Source: Escherichia phage vB_EcoM_ESCO47
Sequence record: OM386662.1
Length of the DNA: 64,000 bases
Reading direction: 5' to 3' (one strand)
Part shown: in pieces, positions 10,948 through 24,006 of the stretch
Numbering within the stretch: position 1 is the stretch's first letter
Layout: every line of letters starts with the position of its first letter
Position numbers and translations under genes: made by a program
The notes under the pieces: model-generated
The model's database searches: none
What the model was told of the DNA's origin: nothing
What the model saw: the letters and a program-made list of their open reading frames with translations, nothing else

Positions 10948-11217
10948 ATGGCTAAGAAAGAAGCAGTCGAATTTAATCAAGATGTACACGGTGAAGAACT
11001 GGCGAAACTGGTCAAGGAAGCTTCCGATAATAAACTTAAAATTTCTGGGTATAACGAACTGATTAAAGACATTCGTATTCGTGCTAAAGACGAACTTGGC
11101 GTCGATGGTAAAATGTTTAATCGTTTGCTGGCTCTTTATCATAAAGATGCTCGCGATCAATTTGAAGCCGAAACCGAAGAAGTGGTGGAATTATATGACA
11201 CTGTTTTCACTAAGTGA
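10948..11217 (+). CDS. dsbA: DsbA double-stranded DNA-binding protein (late transcription enhancer)
   Basis: In-frame ATG at 10948 after SD GAGG gives 89 aa MAKKEAVEFNQDVHGEELAKL...ELYDTVFTK, matching T4 DsbA length; the track ORF starts 6 codons upstream inside the rnh stop region. Confidence 0.8.
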   Translation: MAKKEAVEFNQDVHGEELAKLVKEASDNKLKISGYNELIKDIRIRAKDELGVDGKMFNRLLALYHKDARDQFEAETEEVVELYDTVFTK

Positions 11218-11533
11218 TATTAAACCGGTCGATGAGGCCGGTCTCTCCGAAAAAGAGTTAGCGGTAAAACAAGACAAAGATGATATTGCTAAACTCCTTG
11301 ATCGCCAAGAAAATGGCTTCTTAATCGAGTCTATGGTAAATCAGTACGGTATGACTTATTTAGAAGCAACGACTGCTTTTCTGGAAGAGAACTCTATTCC
11401 TGAAACCCAGTTTGCTAAATTTATTCCATCAGGAATTATTGAAAAAATTACAAGCGAAGCCGTTGATGAGAATATGCTTCGCCCTTCAATTGCTCGCGGT
11501 GAAAAAACTAATACGTTAGATTTCTTATTATGA
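11195..11533 (+). CDS. 33: gp33 late transcription co-activator
   Basis: Internal ATG at 11195 gives 112 aa MTLFSLSDIKPVDEAGLSEKELA..., matching T4 gp33 length; stop overlaps gene 59 start (ATGA). Confidence 0.8.
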   Translation: MTLFSLSDIKPVDEAGLSEKELAVKQDKDDIAKLLDRQENGFLIESMVNQYGMTYLEATTAFLEENSIPETQFAKFIPSGIIEKITSEAVDENMLRPSIARGEKTNTLDFLL

Positions 11534-12183
11534 TTAAAATACGCATGCCTCCTGATGGAGAACGTTATATTAATGGAAAATCGGTATACAAACTATACTT
11601 GATGTGCAAACAACATTTCAACGGTCGGTATGACGTAATCAAATATAACTGGTGCATGCGTGTTTCGGATAATGCATATCAAAAACGCCGAGATAAATAT
11701 TTCTTTGAGAAACTAGCAGAGAAATATAAGTTAAAGGAACTCACTCTGATATTCATTAGTAACTTAGTTGCTAACCAAGATGCTTGGATTGGTGAGATAT
11801 CAGACGCTGATGCATTAGTTTTTTATAGGGAATATATTGGACGTCTTAAACAAGCCAAGGAGTCGTTCGCTGAAGACGTACGTAACATCTACTATTTCAG
11901 TAAGAAAGTGGAAGTTAACGCGCTTCAAGAAATATTTGATTATAATAATAAAGTTCAGTCGAGCTACATATTCAAACTACTACAAAGTAGTATAATTTCA
12001 TTTGAGACCTTCTTGTTGTTGGACTCATTCCTGAATATTATAGATAAGCATGACGAACTAACCGATAATTTAGTCTGGCAAAACTATTCTACCAAATTAA
12101 AGGCATATCGAAAAATACTTCAAATCGATAGTAATGCCGCTAAGAAATTGTTCATAGAAACAATCAAATCTTGTAAATATTAA
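11530..12183 (+). CDS. 59: gp59 helicase loader
   Basis: 217-aa ORF MIKIRMPPDGERYINGKSVYKLYLM...; same length as T4 gp59. Confidence 0.9.
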   Translation: MIKIRMPPDGERYINGKSVYKLYLMCKQHFNGRYDVIKYNWCMRVSDNAYQKRRDKYFFEKLAEKYKLKELTLIFISNLVANQDAWIGEISDADALVFYREYIGRLKQAKESFAEDVRNIYYFSKKVEVNALQEIFDYNNKVQSSYIFKLLQSSIISFETFLLLDSFLNIIDKHDELTDNLVWQNYSTKLKAYRKILQIDSNAAKKLFIETIKSCKY

Positions 12184-12292
12184 GCTTTATGCTTTGTGTG
12201 ATAAAATTTATCGTATAAATAAAACATACCAGCTACGAGGTGTAGTGTCGTAGCACCAACTGTAAAATTTAATAATCTAAAAGGTAAATATA
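12183..12292 (+). promoter_or_regulatory. 32: Gene 32 upstream control region: MotA-box-like motifs, late promoter and translational operator leader
   Basis: aGCTTTA/TGCTTTG motifs at 12183-12197; TATAAATA at 12214-12221; leader has inverted repeat GCTACG...CGTAGC (12232-12255) followed by an A/U-rich unstructured stretch to the AUG. Confidence 0.5.
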
Positions 12293-13201
12293 ATGTTTAA
12301 ACGTAAATCTACTGCTGACCTCGCTGCTCAAATGGCTAAACTGAATGGTAATAAAGGTTTCTCTTCAGAAGATAAAGGCGAATGGAAGCTGAAGCTAGAT
12401 GCATCAGGTAATGGTCAGGCGGTAATTCGTTTCTTGCCAGCAAAAACTGATGATGCACTACCATTTGCAATTCTTGTTAACCACGGTTTCAAGAAAAATG
12501 GTAAATGGTATATTGAAAATTGCTCTTCTACACATGGTGATTACGACTCTTGTCCTGTATGTCAGTACATTAGTAAAAATGACCTGTACAATACCAACAA
12601 AACCGAATATTCTCAACTGAAACGTAAAACTTCTTATTGGGCTAATATTCTGGTTGTTAAAGACCCTCAAGCTCCAGATAACGAAGGTAAAGTATTTAAA
12701 TATCGTTTCGGTAAAAAGATTTGGGACAAAATCAATGCAATGATTGCTGTTGATACCGAAATGGGTGAAACTCCGGTTGATGTTACTTGTCCTTGGGAAG
12801 GTGCTAACTTTGTTCTTAAAGCCAAGCAGGTTTCTGGTTTCAGTAACTACGATGAATCTAAATTCTTGGGTCAATCTGAAATTCCTCGTATTAACGACGA
12901 ATCTTTCCAGAAAGAATTGTTTGACCAGATGGAAGACCTGTCTGAAATGACTGCTAAAGACAAGTTCAAGTCCTTTGAAAAATTGACTGAATCTTTTGTT
13001 AAGGTTCTTGGTACTGCAGCAATGGGTGGTGCAGCAGCTGCCGCAGCTAGTGTTGCAGATAAAGTTGCTTCTGATCTTGATGATTTTGATAAAGACATGG
13101 AAGCATTCAATACAACATCCACCAAATCCGCTGATGATTTCATGAGTTCTAGCACATCTTCTGATGATGGCGACCTCGATGACCTGTTAGCTGGTCTATA
13201 A
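12293..13201 (+). CDS. 32: gp32 single-stranded DNA-binding protein
   Basis: 302-aa [39 protein letters not shown]... with acidic C-terminal tail; matches T4 gp32. Confidence 0.95.
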   Translation: MFKRKSTADLAAQMAKLNGNKGFSSEDKGEWKLKLDASGNGQAVIRFLPAKTDDALPFAILVNHGFKKNGKWYIENCSSTHGDYDSCPVCQYISKNDLYNTNKTEYSQLKRKTSYWANILVVKDPQAPDNEGKVFKYRFGKKIWDKINAMIAVDTEMGETPVDVTCPWEGANFVLKAKQVSGFSNYDESKFLGQSEIPRINDESFQKELFDQMEDLSEMTAKDKFKSFEKLTESFVKVLGTAAMGGAAAAAASVADKVASDLDDFDKDMEAFNTTSTKSADDFMSSSTSSDDGDLDDLLAGL

Positions 13202-13207
13202 TAAATC

Positions 13208-13229
13208 GGGAGACTTCGGTCTCCCTTTT
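13208..13229 (+). terminator. Rho-independent terminator after gene 32
   Basis: GGGAGAC-UUCG-GUCUCCC followed by UUUU. Confidence 0.7.
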
Positions 13230-13255
13230 GAGTATCTGTAAATTGCCGAAAAGTT

Positions 13256-13284
13256 GTTTACTTCTTCCCTGGATGTGTTAGTAT
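13256..13284 (+). promoter_or_regulatory. Early promoter (GTTTAC-N17-TAGTAT)
   Basis: gtttacttcttccctggatgtgttagtat. Confidence 0.6.
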
Positions 13285-13313
13285 AGACCTATCAACAACA
13301 TGAGGAAATCAAA

Positions 13314-13706
13314 ATGGAAATCGGAAAATCTTATATCATTAACCCTTTATTTAAAGACGACTTTGTTCAAGAAGCACCGCACAATAACGCTAAGATGTTA
13401 AAATTGATTGAACTCCATGGGCCCAGTTTTGTTGTAAACGGAATGGAACCTGATTATGATAGCGATACGCTAAACGTAGTAAGTGTAACTATGGAAGACG
13501 GTACTGTATGTTCTGCCGGCGGTGAAATTGAAACTTATTTTGAGATTTATTACGATGAGTTCAAATACTTTACTGAGGTAGATTTAGTAAAGCCTCAACC
13601 TACTAACAAAGGTATAGCTTTAGGTGTAACAAAAATCCATTGTATCGTAGATGAAACCAATGTCGACGAAGTCATCGAACTTTTGCAAAAAACTTTTAAA
13701 AAGTAG
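13314..13706 (+). CDS. Hypothetical early protein (frd.x-type position)
   Basis: 130-aa ORF preceded by an early promoter (13256..13284) and SD GAGGAAA; no recognisable motif. Confidence 0.6.
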   Translation: MEIGKSYIINPLFKDDFVQEAPHNNAKMLKLIELHGPSFVVNGMEPDYDSDTLNVVSVTMEDGTVCSAGGEIETYFEIYYDEFKYFTEVDLVKPQPTNKGIALGVTKIHCIVDETNVDEVIELLQKTFKK

Positions 13707-13769
13707 TTTATAACAAGATAGGGCTATGTTATAGTAGCCCTATCTAATAAAAGTGAAGAGGAGAATAAA

Positions 13770-15449
<1,680 letters not shown>

Positions 15450-15704
15450 ATGATTTTACGTTTTATTAATTCATATGGCACCACAATTTTTGAAATAAAA
15501 AATCCTACCGAACTAGATATCCCTTCACCGAATAGTGAAATCACAGTTAAAGGTGAACGATTCATTTGTTATTCACACGAACGAATTTATGAATATCGCG
15601 AATTTTGTGGTGGTTACGGTATGGAAAAAGAACCATTGGTTTATTTCGATATCACGGTCTTGACACCTAAAGAATACAAAGAAATTATTGCTGAGGATAA
15701 TTAA
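15450..15704 (+). CDS. Hypothetical small protein
   Basis: 84-aa ORF starting immediately after the td stop (TAAATG). Confidence 0.5.
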   Translation: MILRFINSYGTTIFEIKNPTELDIPSPNSEITVKGERFICYSHERIYEYREFCGGYGMEKEPLVYFDITVLTPKEYKEIIAEDN

Positions 15705-15728
15705 CGCTTCAGTTTAAAAGTGTATAAT
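15703..15728 (+). promoter_or_regulatory. Putative middle promoter upstream of nrdA (MotA-box-like aaCGCTTCA plus TATAAT)
   Basis: MotA-like box 15703-15711 (one mismatch to TGCTT), 11-12 nt spacer, TATAAT 15723-15728. Confidence 0.45.
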
Positions 15729-15791
15729 AAATTAACGGGATAAATACTATCCCGTTTGGAGTAATGATTACCAACCTATGCTGAGGAATAT

Positions 15792-18047
15792 ATGCAAGTA
15801 ACTAAGAGCAGTGGTGTATCCCAAAATTTTGATGCACAGAAAATTATTCAAGTCTTAACTTGGCAATGTGAAGGAACACAAATTGACCCATATGAATTGT
15901 ACGAAGAAATTAAGACCCATCTTGTCGACGGGATGAGCACCAAAGATATCCAGAAGATTTGTATTAAAGTTGCAGCTAACTCGATTTCTGTCGAAGAACC
16001 TGATTATCAGTATGTCGCTGCCAAAGGGCTAATGTTTGCACTTCGTAAAGATGTATATGGGCAGTTTGAACCGCCTGCTTTTATCGACCATATTTCTTAT
16101 TGTGTTAATGAAGGCAAATATGATCCTGAGTTGTTGTCTAGATATTCTGCAGAAGAAATCATTTATCTTGATTCTCGGATTAAACATGAGCGAGATTTTG
16201 ATCTGACTTATGCTGGTGCTATGCAGCTTAAAGAAAAATACCTGGTTAAAGATAAAACAACTGGTAAGATTTATGAAACTCCACAGTTTGCTATCATGGC
16301 TATCGGTATGGCCTTACATCAAGACGAAACTCATGACCGTTTGAAACATATTATTCGTTTTTATGATGCCGTTTCTACTCATCAAGTTTCATTGCCTACT
16401 CCAATTATGGCAGGTGCTCGTACTCCGACTAGACAGTTTTCCAGCTGTGTAGTTATTGAATCCGGTGATTCGTTGAAGTCTATTAACAAAACGTCAGCAT
16501 CAATTATCGAATATATTTCCAAACGAGCTGGTATTGGTATTAACGTTGGTATGCTTCGCGCTGAAGGTTCTAAAATTGGCATGGGTGAAGTGCGTCATAC
16601 AGGTGTTATTCCGTTCTGGAAACATTTCCAAACAGCAGTAAAATCTTGTTCTCAAGGTGGTATTCGTGGTGGTGCTGCAACCGCATATTATCCGATGTGG
16701 CATTTGGAAGTAGAGAACCTGTTAGTTCTTAAAAATAACAAAGGTGTTGACGAAAACCGTATCCGTCATATGGACTATGGAATTCAGATTAATGACCTTA
16801 TGATGGAACGCCTTGGTAAAAATGATTATATTACTTTATTTAGCCCTCACGAAATGTCCGGCGAATTGTATTACTCGTTCTTTGAAGACCAAGATAAGTT
16901 CCGTGAGCTTTATGAAAAAGCAGAAAAAGACCCGGCAATCAGAAAGAAACGAATCAAAGCATTAGAACTTTTTGAATTGTTTATGACTGAACGTTCAGGT
17001 ACTGCTCGAATTTATCCACAGTTTGTTGATAACACGAATAACTACACTCCGTTTATTCGTGAAAAAGCTCCAATTCGTCAGAGTAACTTATGTTGTGAAA
17101 TCGCTATTCCGACTAATGATGTTAACAGTCCTGACGCTGAAATTGGTTTATGCACGTTATCTGCTTTTGTATTAGATAAATTTGATTGGCAAGACCAAGA
17201 TAAAATTAATGAACTTGCTGAAGTACAAGTACGTGCACTTGATAACCTGTTAGACTATCAAGATTATCCGGTTCCAGAAGCTTTAAAAGCTAAAAAGCGT
17301 CGAAATCTCGGTGTCGGTGTTACTAACTATGCAGCTTGGTTAGCTTCTAACTTTGCCTCATATGAAGATGCTAACGATTTGACCCACGAATTATTTGAGA
17401 GATTACAGTATGGACTCATTAAAGCTTCAATCAAGTTGGCCAAAGAAAAAGGACCTTGCGAGTATTATTCAGACACTAAATGGTCTCGAGGCGAATTACC
17501 TATCGACTGGTACAATAAAAAGATTGACCAAATCGCAGCTCCAAAATACGTTTGTGACTGGTCGGGGCTACGTGAAGACCTTAAGCTCTTTGGCATTCGC
17601 AACAGCACATTATCAGCTCTTATGCCATGTGAATCAAGCAGCCAGGTTTCCAACTCTACAAACGGTATCGAGCCTCCACGTGGTCCGGTAAGTATTAAAG
17701 AATCTAAAGAAGGTAATTTCCGCCAGGTAGTTCCTAATATCGAACACAACATTGGTCTTTATGACTACGCCTGGAAACTTGCTAAGAAAGGTAATAAACC
17801 TTATTTGACTCAAGTTGCTATTATGTTGAAATGGGTATGTCAATCGGCTTCAGCCAATACGTACTACGACCCAGAGAATTACGAGAAAGGTAAAGTGCCA
17901 ATGTCTGTAATGCTTGACGATTTGCTTTACTTCTGGTACTTCGGCGGTAAAAACCTCTACTATCATAATACTCGCGATGGTTCTGGTACTGACGACTATG
18001 AACTAGAAACTCCAAAAGTTGATGATTGTTCAGCTTGTAAGCTTTAA
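15792..18047 (+). CDS. nrdA: Ribonucleotide reductase large subunit
   Basis: 751-aa ORF; class I RNR alpha-type sequence with C-terminal CSAC motif region (...DDCSACKL); size close to T4 NrdA. Confidence 0.95.
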   Translation: MQVTKSSGVSQNFDAQKIIQVLTWQCEGTQIDPYELYEEIKTHLVDGMSTKDIQKICIKVAANSISVEEPDYQYVAAKGLMFALRKDVYGQFEPPAFIDHISYCVNEGKYDPELLSRYSAEEIIYLDSRIKHERDFDLTYAGAMQLKEKYLVKDKTTGKIYETPQFAIMAIGMALHQDETHDRLKHIIRFYDAVSTHQVSLPTPIMAGARTPTRQFSSCVVIESGDSLKSINKTSASIIEYISKRAGIGINVGMLRAEGSKIGMGEVRHTGVIPFWKHFQTAVKSCSQGGIRGGAATAYYPMWHLEVENLLVLKNNKGVDENRIRHMDYGIQINDLMMERLGKNDYITLFSPHEMSGELYYSFFEDQDKFRELYEKAEKDPAIRKKRIKALELFELFMTERSGTARIYPQFVDNTNNYTPFIREKAPIRQSNLCCEIAIPTNDVNSPDAEIGLCTLSAFVLDKFDWQDQDKINELAEVQVRALDNLLDYQDYPVPEALKAKKRRNLGVGVTNYAAWLASNFASYEDANDLTHELFERLQYGLIKASIKLAKEKGPCEYYSDTKWSRGELPIDWYNKKIDQIAAPKYVCDWSGLREDLKLFGIRNSTLSALMPCESSSQVSNSTNGIEPPRGPVSIKESKEGNFRQVVPNIEHNIGLYDYAWKLAKKGNKPYLTQVAIMLKWVCQSASANTYYDPENYEKGKVPMSVMLDDLLYFWYFGGKNLYYHNTRDGSGTDDYELETPKVDDCSACKL

Positions 18048-18098
18048 GAATTTTAATTATAATTGACTCATGGATGAGTCACTATTGAGAGAATATAA

Positions 18099-19277
18099 AT
18101 GAGTACAGTTTTTAATACACAACAAGTTGATGTTTTGAACGAACCTATGTTCTTCGGTTCAGGTCTCGGTCTTGCACGTTACGATATTCAACGACATAAA
18201 GTTTTTGAAGAGCTTATCGAAAAGCAGCTCTCGTTCTTTTGGCGTCCCGAGGAAGTAAACTTGATGTTGGATTCAGCCCAGTTTAATAAGCTTCCACAGT
18301 TCCAACAGGACATCTTTACCAACAACCTTAAGTATCAATCATTATTAGATTCTATCCAAGGCAGAGCACCATCTGCGGTACTTATGTCATTGCTTTCAGA
18401 CCCTTCATTAGATACATGGGTCGCTACATGGACTTTCAGTGAAACTATTCACTCTCGTTCATATACTCATATTATGCGAAATCTTTATACAGATCCATCG
18501 AAAGTATTTGATGAGATTGTATTAGATGACGCAATTATGAAGCGTGCCGAATCTATCGGACGATATTATGATGATGTTCTGGTTAAAACTCGAGCTTGGG
18601 AAAATTCTAAAGAATTTGTAGAACAAGCTAAAGAATCTCCTGATGCCGACCTTCGTTTAAACCAAGCTATTAAACAAGAGTCTGAAGCTAAACGAGACCT
18701 AATGAAATCTCTTTATCTTTGTTTGCATGTCATCAATGCATTGGAAGCTATTCGTTTTTACGTGTCTTTTGCTTGTACTTTCAACTTCCATAAGAATATG
18801 GAAATTATGGAAGGCAATGCGAAGATTATGAAGTTCATTGCTCGTGATGAACAGCTCCACCTCAAGGGCACTCAATATATTATTCGTGCTTTACAAGACG
18901 GTGAAGACGGTGATGAATGGGTCAAAATTGCTCAAGAGTGTGAACAAGAAGCAGTTGATATTTTCATGGAAGTTAACGCTCAAGAAAAAGAATGGGCTGA
19001 ACACTTGTTTAAAGATGGTGCTCTTCCAGGCCTAAATGTTAAAATCCTAAGTGAATTTGTAGATTATCTAACCGTGTCTCGTATGCGTAGTTGCGGTCTA
19101 CCATGTCCTCTTAAAGACATATCAACTCGTCATCCTATTCCATGGATTCGTGAGTATTTGAACTCTGATTTGGTTCAAGCTGCACCACAAGAAGTTGAGA
19201 TCAGTTCTTATCTTGTCGCTCAAATTGATAATGACGTCAACCAAGATGTAATAAATTCATACAAAAAATATTTCTAA
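18099..19277 (+). CDS. nrdB: Ribonucleotide reductase small subunit (uninterrupted, no intron)
   Basis: 392-aa continuous ORF; R2-type sequence (radical-site region ...VSFACTFNFHKNMEIMEGNAKIMKFIARDEQLHL...). Confidence 0.95.
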   Translation: MSTVFNTQQVDVLNEPMFFGSGLGLARYDIQRHKVFEELIEKQLSFFWRPEEVNLMLDSAQFNKLPQFQQDIFTNNLKYQSLLDSIQGRAPSAVLMSLLSDPSLDTWVATWTFSETIHSRSYTHIMRNLYTDPSKVFDEIVLDDAIMKRAESIGRYYDDVLVKTRAWENSKEFVEQAKESPDADLRLNQAIKQESEAKRDLMKSLYLCLHVINALEAIRFYVSFACTFNFHKNMEIMEGNAKIMKFIARDEQLHLKGTQYIIRALQDGEDGDEWVKIAQECEQEAVDIFMEVNAQEKEWAEHLFKDGALPGLNVKILSEFVDYLTVSRMRSCGLPCPLKDISTRHPIPWIREYLNSDLVQAAPQEVEISSYLVAQIDNDVNQDVINSYKKYF

Positions 19278-19304
19278 GGAAGGGACTTAGGTCCCTCTTA
19301 TATT

Positions 19305-19715
19305 ATGAAAGATATCGCCGCAGAATATTCTTTTATTAAATATACAGAGTTAGAATTATTGGAAGACGCGACAATTAAAACGGTTGAAGTCCCTAATAAG
19401 AAAAACGTTATCTATGCGATTGTAATAGATGATGAACTCATGTATATTGGTAAAACTAAGAATCTAAAGAAACGCATTAACTATTATCGAACTGCTATAA
19501 ATCGAAAAGACCAGACTTCAGACTCTAGAAAATCTTTAATGATTTTAGACGCGTTAATGCAAGGTCTAAAGGTCGAATTCTGGGCCCGCCAATGTTTCGA
19601 CCTATCGGTCACCAACGAACTCGGTTCTATGACCATCGCAACGATGGACCTTGAAGAGCCACTGTTTATTAAGAAGTTCAACCCGCCTTGGAATATCCAA
19701 TACAAGAAAAAGTAG
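19305..19715 (+). CDS. denA: Endonuclease II
   Basis: 136-aa ORF MKDIAAEYSFIKYTELEL...YAIVIDDELMYIGKTKNLKKRINYYRTAINRKD...; same length as T4 endo II with GIY-YIG-like motif. Confidence 0.85.
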   Translation: MKDIAAEYSFIKYTELELLEDATIKTVEVPNKKNVIYAIVIDDELMYIGKTKNLKKRINYYRTAINRKDQTSDSRKSLMILDALMQGLKVEFWARQCFDLSVTNELGSMTIATMDLEEPLFIKKFNPPWNIQYKKK

Positions 19716-19744
19716 TTTACATACCACATGGACTGTGGTATAAT
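19715..19744 (+). promoter_or_regulatory. Early promoter (GTTTAC-N18-TATAAT) upstream of rnlA
   Basis: gtttacataccacatggactgtggtataat. Confidence 0.6.
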
Positions 19745-19761
19745 TTTTAAAAATCAAATGA

Positions 19762-20895
<1,134 letters not shown>

Positions 20896-20897
20896 TG

Positions 20898-20927
20898 GTT
20901 TACAAACGCCAAGGATGGTGTTACTAT
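20898..20927 (+). promoter_or_regulatory. Early promoter (GTTTAC-N18-TACTAT) upstream of alc
   Basis: gtttacaaacgccaaggatggtgttactat. Confidence 0.6.
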
Positions 20928-20955
20928 GGACATATCAATTACCTAGGAGAACATT

Positions 20956-21456
20956 ATGAACATGCAATTGATTACTAATGATATGGTTGTAGCAGCATTT
21001 GGGGATTCAACCGACGGCATCCAAGTCTTTAAGAAAGGACGTGCAGTTGGTTACCTCACTGATCTTCGTACTACCCTGGCTAAAAATGCTAAAAAGAAGG
21101 TGAAGCAAAAGGAATACTCTACACGATATGTTGAAGAAAAACGCGAAGCAATGCCGGAAGCAGTAAACGCAATGGTAGAGTTCCTTCAAAACAATCTGTC
21201 TAAATATGACGCTAATGTGTTCATTAATATTAGTCAACCTAATGTTCATATTGCTGATAACAAATTTTATATCATTTGCGATCCTTTGTCTGATAAATTC
21301 AATCGTCTCGGAATTTCAAGCCCTTATCATACAGCAGAAGAGTTGTGTGTACTGTTTGAGACTTATAAAATCCAATGTGATGGTCCTAAGACAGTCTTGA
21401 TTAATGGTTTGTCCCGAGACGAAATCATTGAGATTATTGAAAAATGCTTAAAGTAA
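20956..21456 (+). CDS. alc: Probable Alc (host transcription unfolding/termination protein)
   Basis: 166-aa ORF at the T4 alc position between rnlA and the pseT.3 spanin gene; length matches (T4 Alc 167 aa); assignment by synteny only. Confidence 0.55.
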   Translation: MNMQLITNDMVVAAFGDSTDGIQVFKKGRAVGYLTDLRTTLAKNAKKKVKQKEYSTRYVEEKREAMPEAVNAMVEFLQNNLSKYDANVFINISQPNVHIADNKFYIICDPLSDKFNRLGISSPYHTAEELCVLFETYKIQCDGPKTVLINGLSRDEIIEIIEKCLK

Positions 21457-21800
21457 ATCCGATTTATGCTGTCATCGGAGCATTTGCTCTGGTTTCAGTG
21501 GTTACAATAGTTTTCTTAAATCATAAAGTTGACTCGTTAACAACCGAATTGACCACAGTTAAACAGGTCGCTAAAAACAACGCTGAAGCGTTAGATTCAT
21601 TCAAGATTCAATATGAGTCCATTAAAACCATGACTTATAAGAATCAGGCATTAGTTGAGCAAATTAAGGCTGAAAATGAAAAACTCCGGAAGGATGCGAA
21701 GAAGAGCAGCGTGGTGGCAAAGAAACCAGGACTCGTCGAGAACCAAATCAACAAGTCCTTTAACGCCTATGCAGAAGACCTCAGGAAGCTTTCAGAATGA
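21444..21800 (+). CDS. pseT.3: i-spanin (pseT.3-type)
   Basis: 118 aa with N-terminal TM helix (IYAVIGAFALVSVVTIVFL) followed by coiled-coil-like periplasmic region; stop overlaps next gene start. Confidence 0.75.
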   Translation: MLKVNPIYAVIGAFALVSVVTIVFLNHKVDSLTTELTTVKQVAKNNAEALDSFKIQYESIKTMTYKNQALVEQIKAENEKLRKDAKKSSVVAKKPGLVENQINKSFNAYAEDLRKLSE

Positions 21801-22087
21801 TTAAATTATCTGTACTTGTATTATCTATTGGTCTTTTGGTTGGATGTGCTCAGGACATTCCTGTAAGCCCTAAAGAGACTTTACACCCATCATGGCCTAG
21901 TCCTATTGCAGAGTATAACCAAAAATGGCAAGTTAAAGTCATTGACGGTATTCCATGGGTAGGTATGCCTTTTGAAGACTCTCAAGAATTCCGAATCTGG
22001 ATGAATGACGTAAAAAGATATGTACATGACCAGAAAACTATGATATGTTATTATCGTAGTGGTTTAAAAGAGGACAAATGCAAATGA
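21797..22087 (+). CDS. pseT.2: o-spanin lipoprotein (pseT.2-type)
   Basis: 96 aa with signal peptide and lipobox (LLVGC) then Cys-containing mature part; directly downstream of i-spanin. Confidence 0.8.
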   Translation: MIKLSVLVLSIGLLVGCAQDIPVSPKETLHPSWPSPIAEYNQKWQVKVIDGIPWVGMPFEDSQEFRIWMNDVKRYVHDQKTMICYYRSGLKEDKCK

Positions 22088-22302
22088 CACCTACTCAACT
22101 AGAACATCTTAAAGGGTTGATCTATGAGTCTGAAATGGCCGCAATGATTTACGGACGGCAGATTCAACGTTTAGAATCTTTACCTCCTTCAGGTGACCCA
22201 CTGATAGTTCAGTCTAGAGCTAATCTTAAAAATGAGTACCAAAACAAGTGGGGCAAAGCGGCCAATGCACTTCATGAGTACATTCAAACTCTAGTAAAAT
22301 AG
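22078..22302 (+). CDS. Hypothetical protein (pseT.1 position)
   Basis: 74-aa ORF overlapping the o-spanin end. Confidence 0.5.
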   Translation: MQMTPTQLEHLKGLIYESEMAAMIYGRQIQRLESLPPSGDPLIVQSRANLKNEYQNKWGKAANALHEYIQTLVK

Positions 22303-22337
22303 TTGTACAAACTCTTGGGAGCAGAGTATAATGCTCC
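22303..22337 (+). promoter_or_regulatory. Putative sigma70-type promoter upstream of pseT with -10 inside an inverted repeat
   Basis: TTGTAC-N18-TATAAT (22303-22332); GGAGCA (22318-22323) and TGCTCC (22332-22337) flank the -10. Confidence 0.4.
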
Positions 22338-22349
22338 TATGGACAATAA

Positions 22350-23266
<917 letters not shown>

Positions 23267-23267
<1 letters not shown>

Positions 23268-23458
23268 TGAAACTATTATATGAAGTGATTGAGGCCATCG
23301 AACAGCATAAAGAATATTTGTTTGTAGCCTGGCCTTTAGTAAATGGACAGTTCGGTATTGATGTGCTGGACTATGAGCATGAAGAACGTTTGGACGGTGG
23401 TATATTTGATAACGTCGACCAGGCAATTGAATGGTTAAATGAAAACTATGTACGATAA
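23267..23458 (+). CDS. Hypothetical small protein (cd.x region)
   Basis: 63-aa ORF starting at the pseT stop (TAATG). Confidence 0.45.
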
Positions 23459-23663
23459 ACATCATGAAATCGAAGATGAAGCATACAAAATGCTTCGTAA
23501 ACTAGTGGGACTTAATATGAGTCCTACATTAATCAACAAACTCGCAGGAATTCGTAATGATCTGAATACTCGTTACAAAGGCGAATATCATGTAGAGTTT
23601 GTTCCTGTAGGTGAACCGACCGAGCGATTTGTTGTTCGAGTTAAAGTAAATACTGTACACTGA
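23439..23663 (+). CDS. Hypothetical small protein (cd.x region)
   Basis: 74-aa ORF. Confidence 0.45.
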   Translation: MKTMYDKHHEIEDEAYKMLRKLVGLNMSPTLINKLAGIRNDLNTRYKGEYHVEFVPVGEPTERFVVRVKVNTVH

Positions 23664-23670
23664 GGTAATT

Positions 23671-23946
23671 ATGTTCCCAACTTATTCTGAAATTGTAAAG
23701 GTAGTCTTCAGTCAGATTATTGCTAATAATATGTTTGAAGTGCTTGATAATGCAGCCGAACTCAGAGTTCATGCTCAACTAACTCATGTACTCAATGCTT
23801 TGCTCCCGGACCAAGTAGATTCTATTGCTATTACTCTTCTCCCTGGGTCTGCACACGTCATAGTGGTATTTGATCTTGACGGCGATTTAGTTATCCAATG
23901 TGATATCAATTTCGGTACACAAAAAATTGAATGCAAAGCAATTTAA
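23671..23946 (+). CDS. Hypothetical small protein (cd.x region)
   Basis: 91-aa ORF with SD GAGG upstream. Confidence 0.5.
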   Translation: MFPTYSEIVKVVFSQIIANNMFEVLDNAAELRVHAQLTHVLNALLPDQVDSIAITLLPGSAHVIVVFDLDGDLVIQCDINFGTQKIECKAI

Positions 23947-23948
23947 TG

Positions 23949-23978
23949 GTTTACAACATGGTGGAGTTGTGATACTAT
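23949..23978 (+). promoter_or_regulatory. Early promoter (GTTTAC-N18-TACTAT)
   Basis: gtttacaacatggtggagttgtgatactat. Confidence 0.6.
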
Positions 23979-24006
23979 AACTCTACCAACAAATGAGGAA
24001 ATAGAA

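Noticed and set aside
12458-12874. 138-aa minus-strand ORF inside gene 32
   Set aside because: Lies entirely antisense within a strongly supported, T4-matching coding sequence; no SD or promoter; typical shadow ORF
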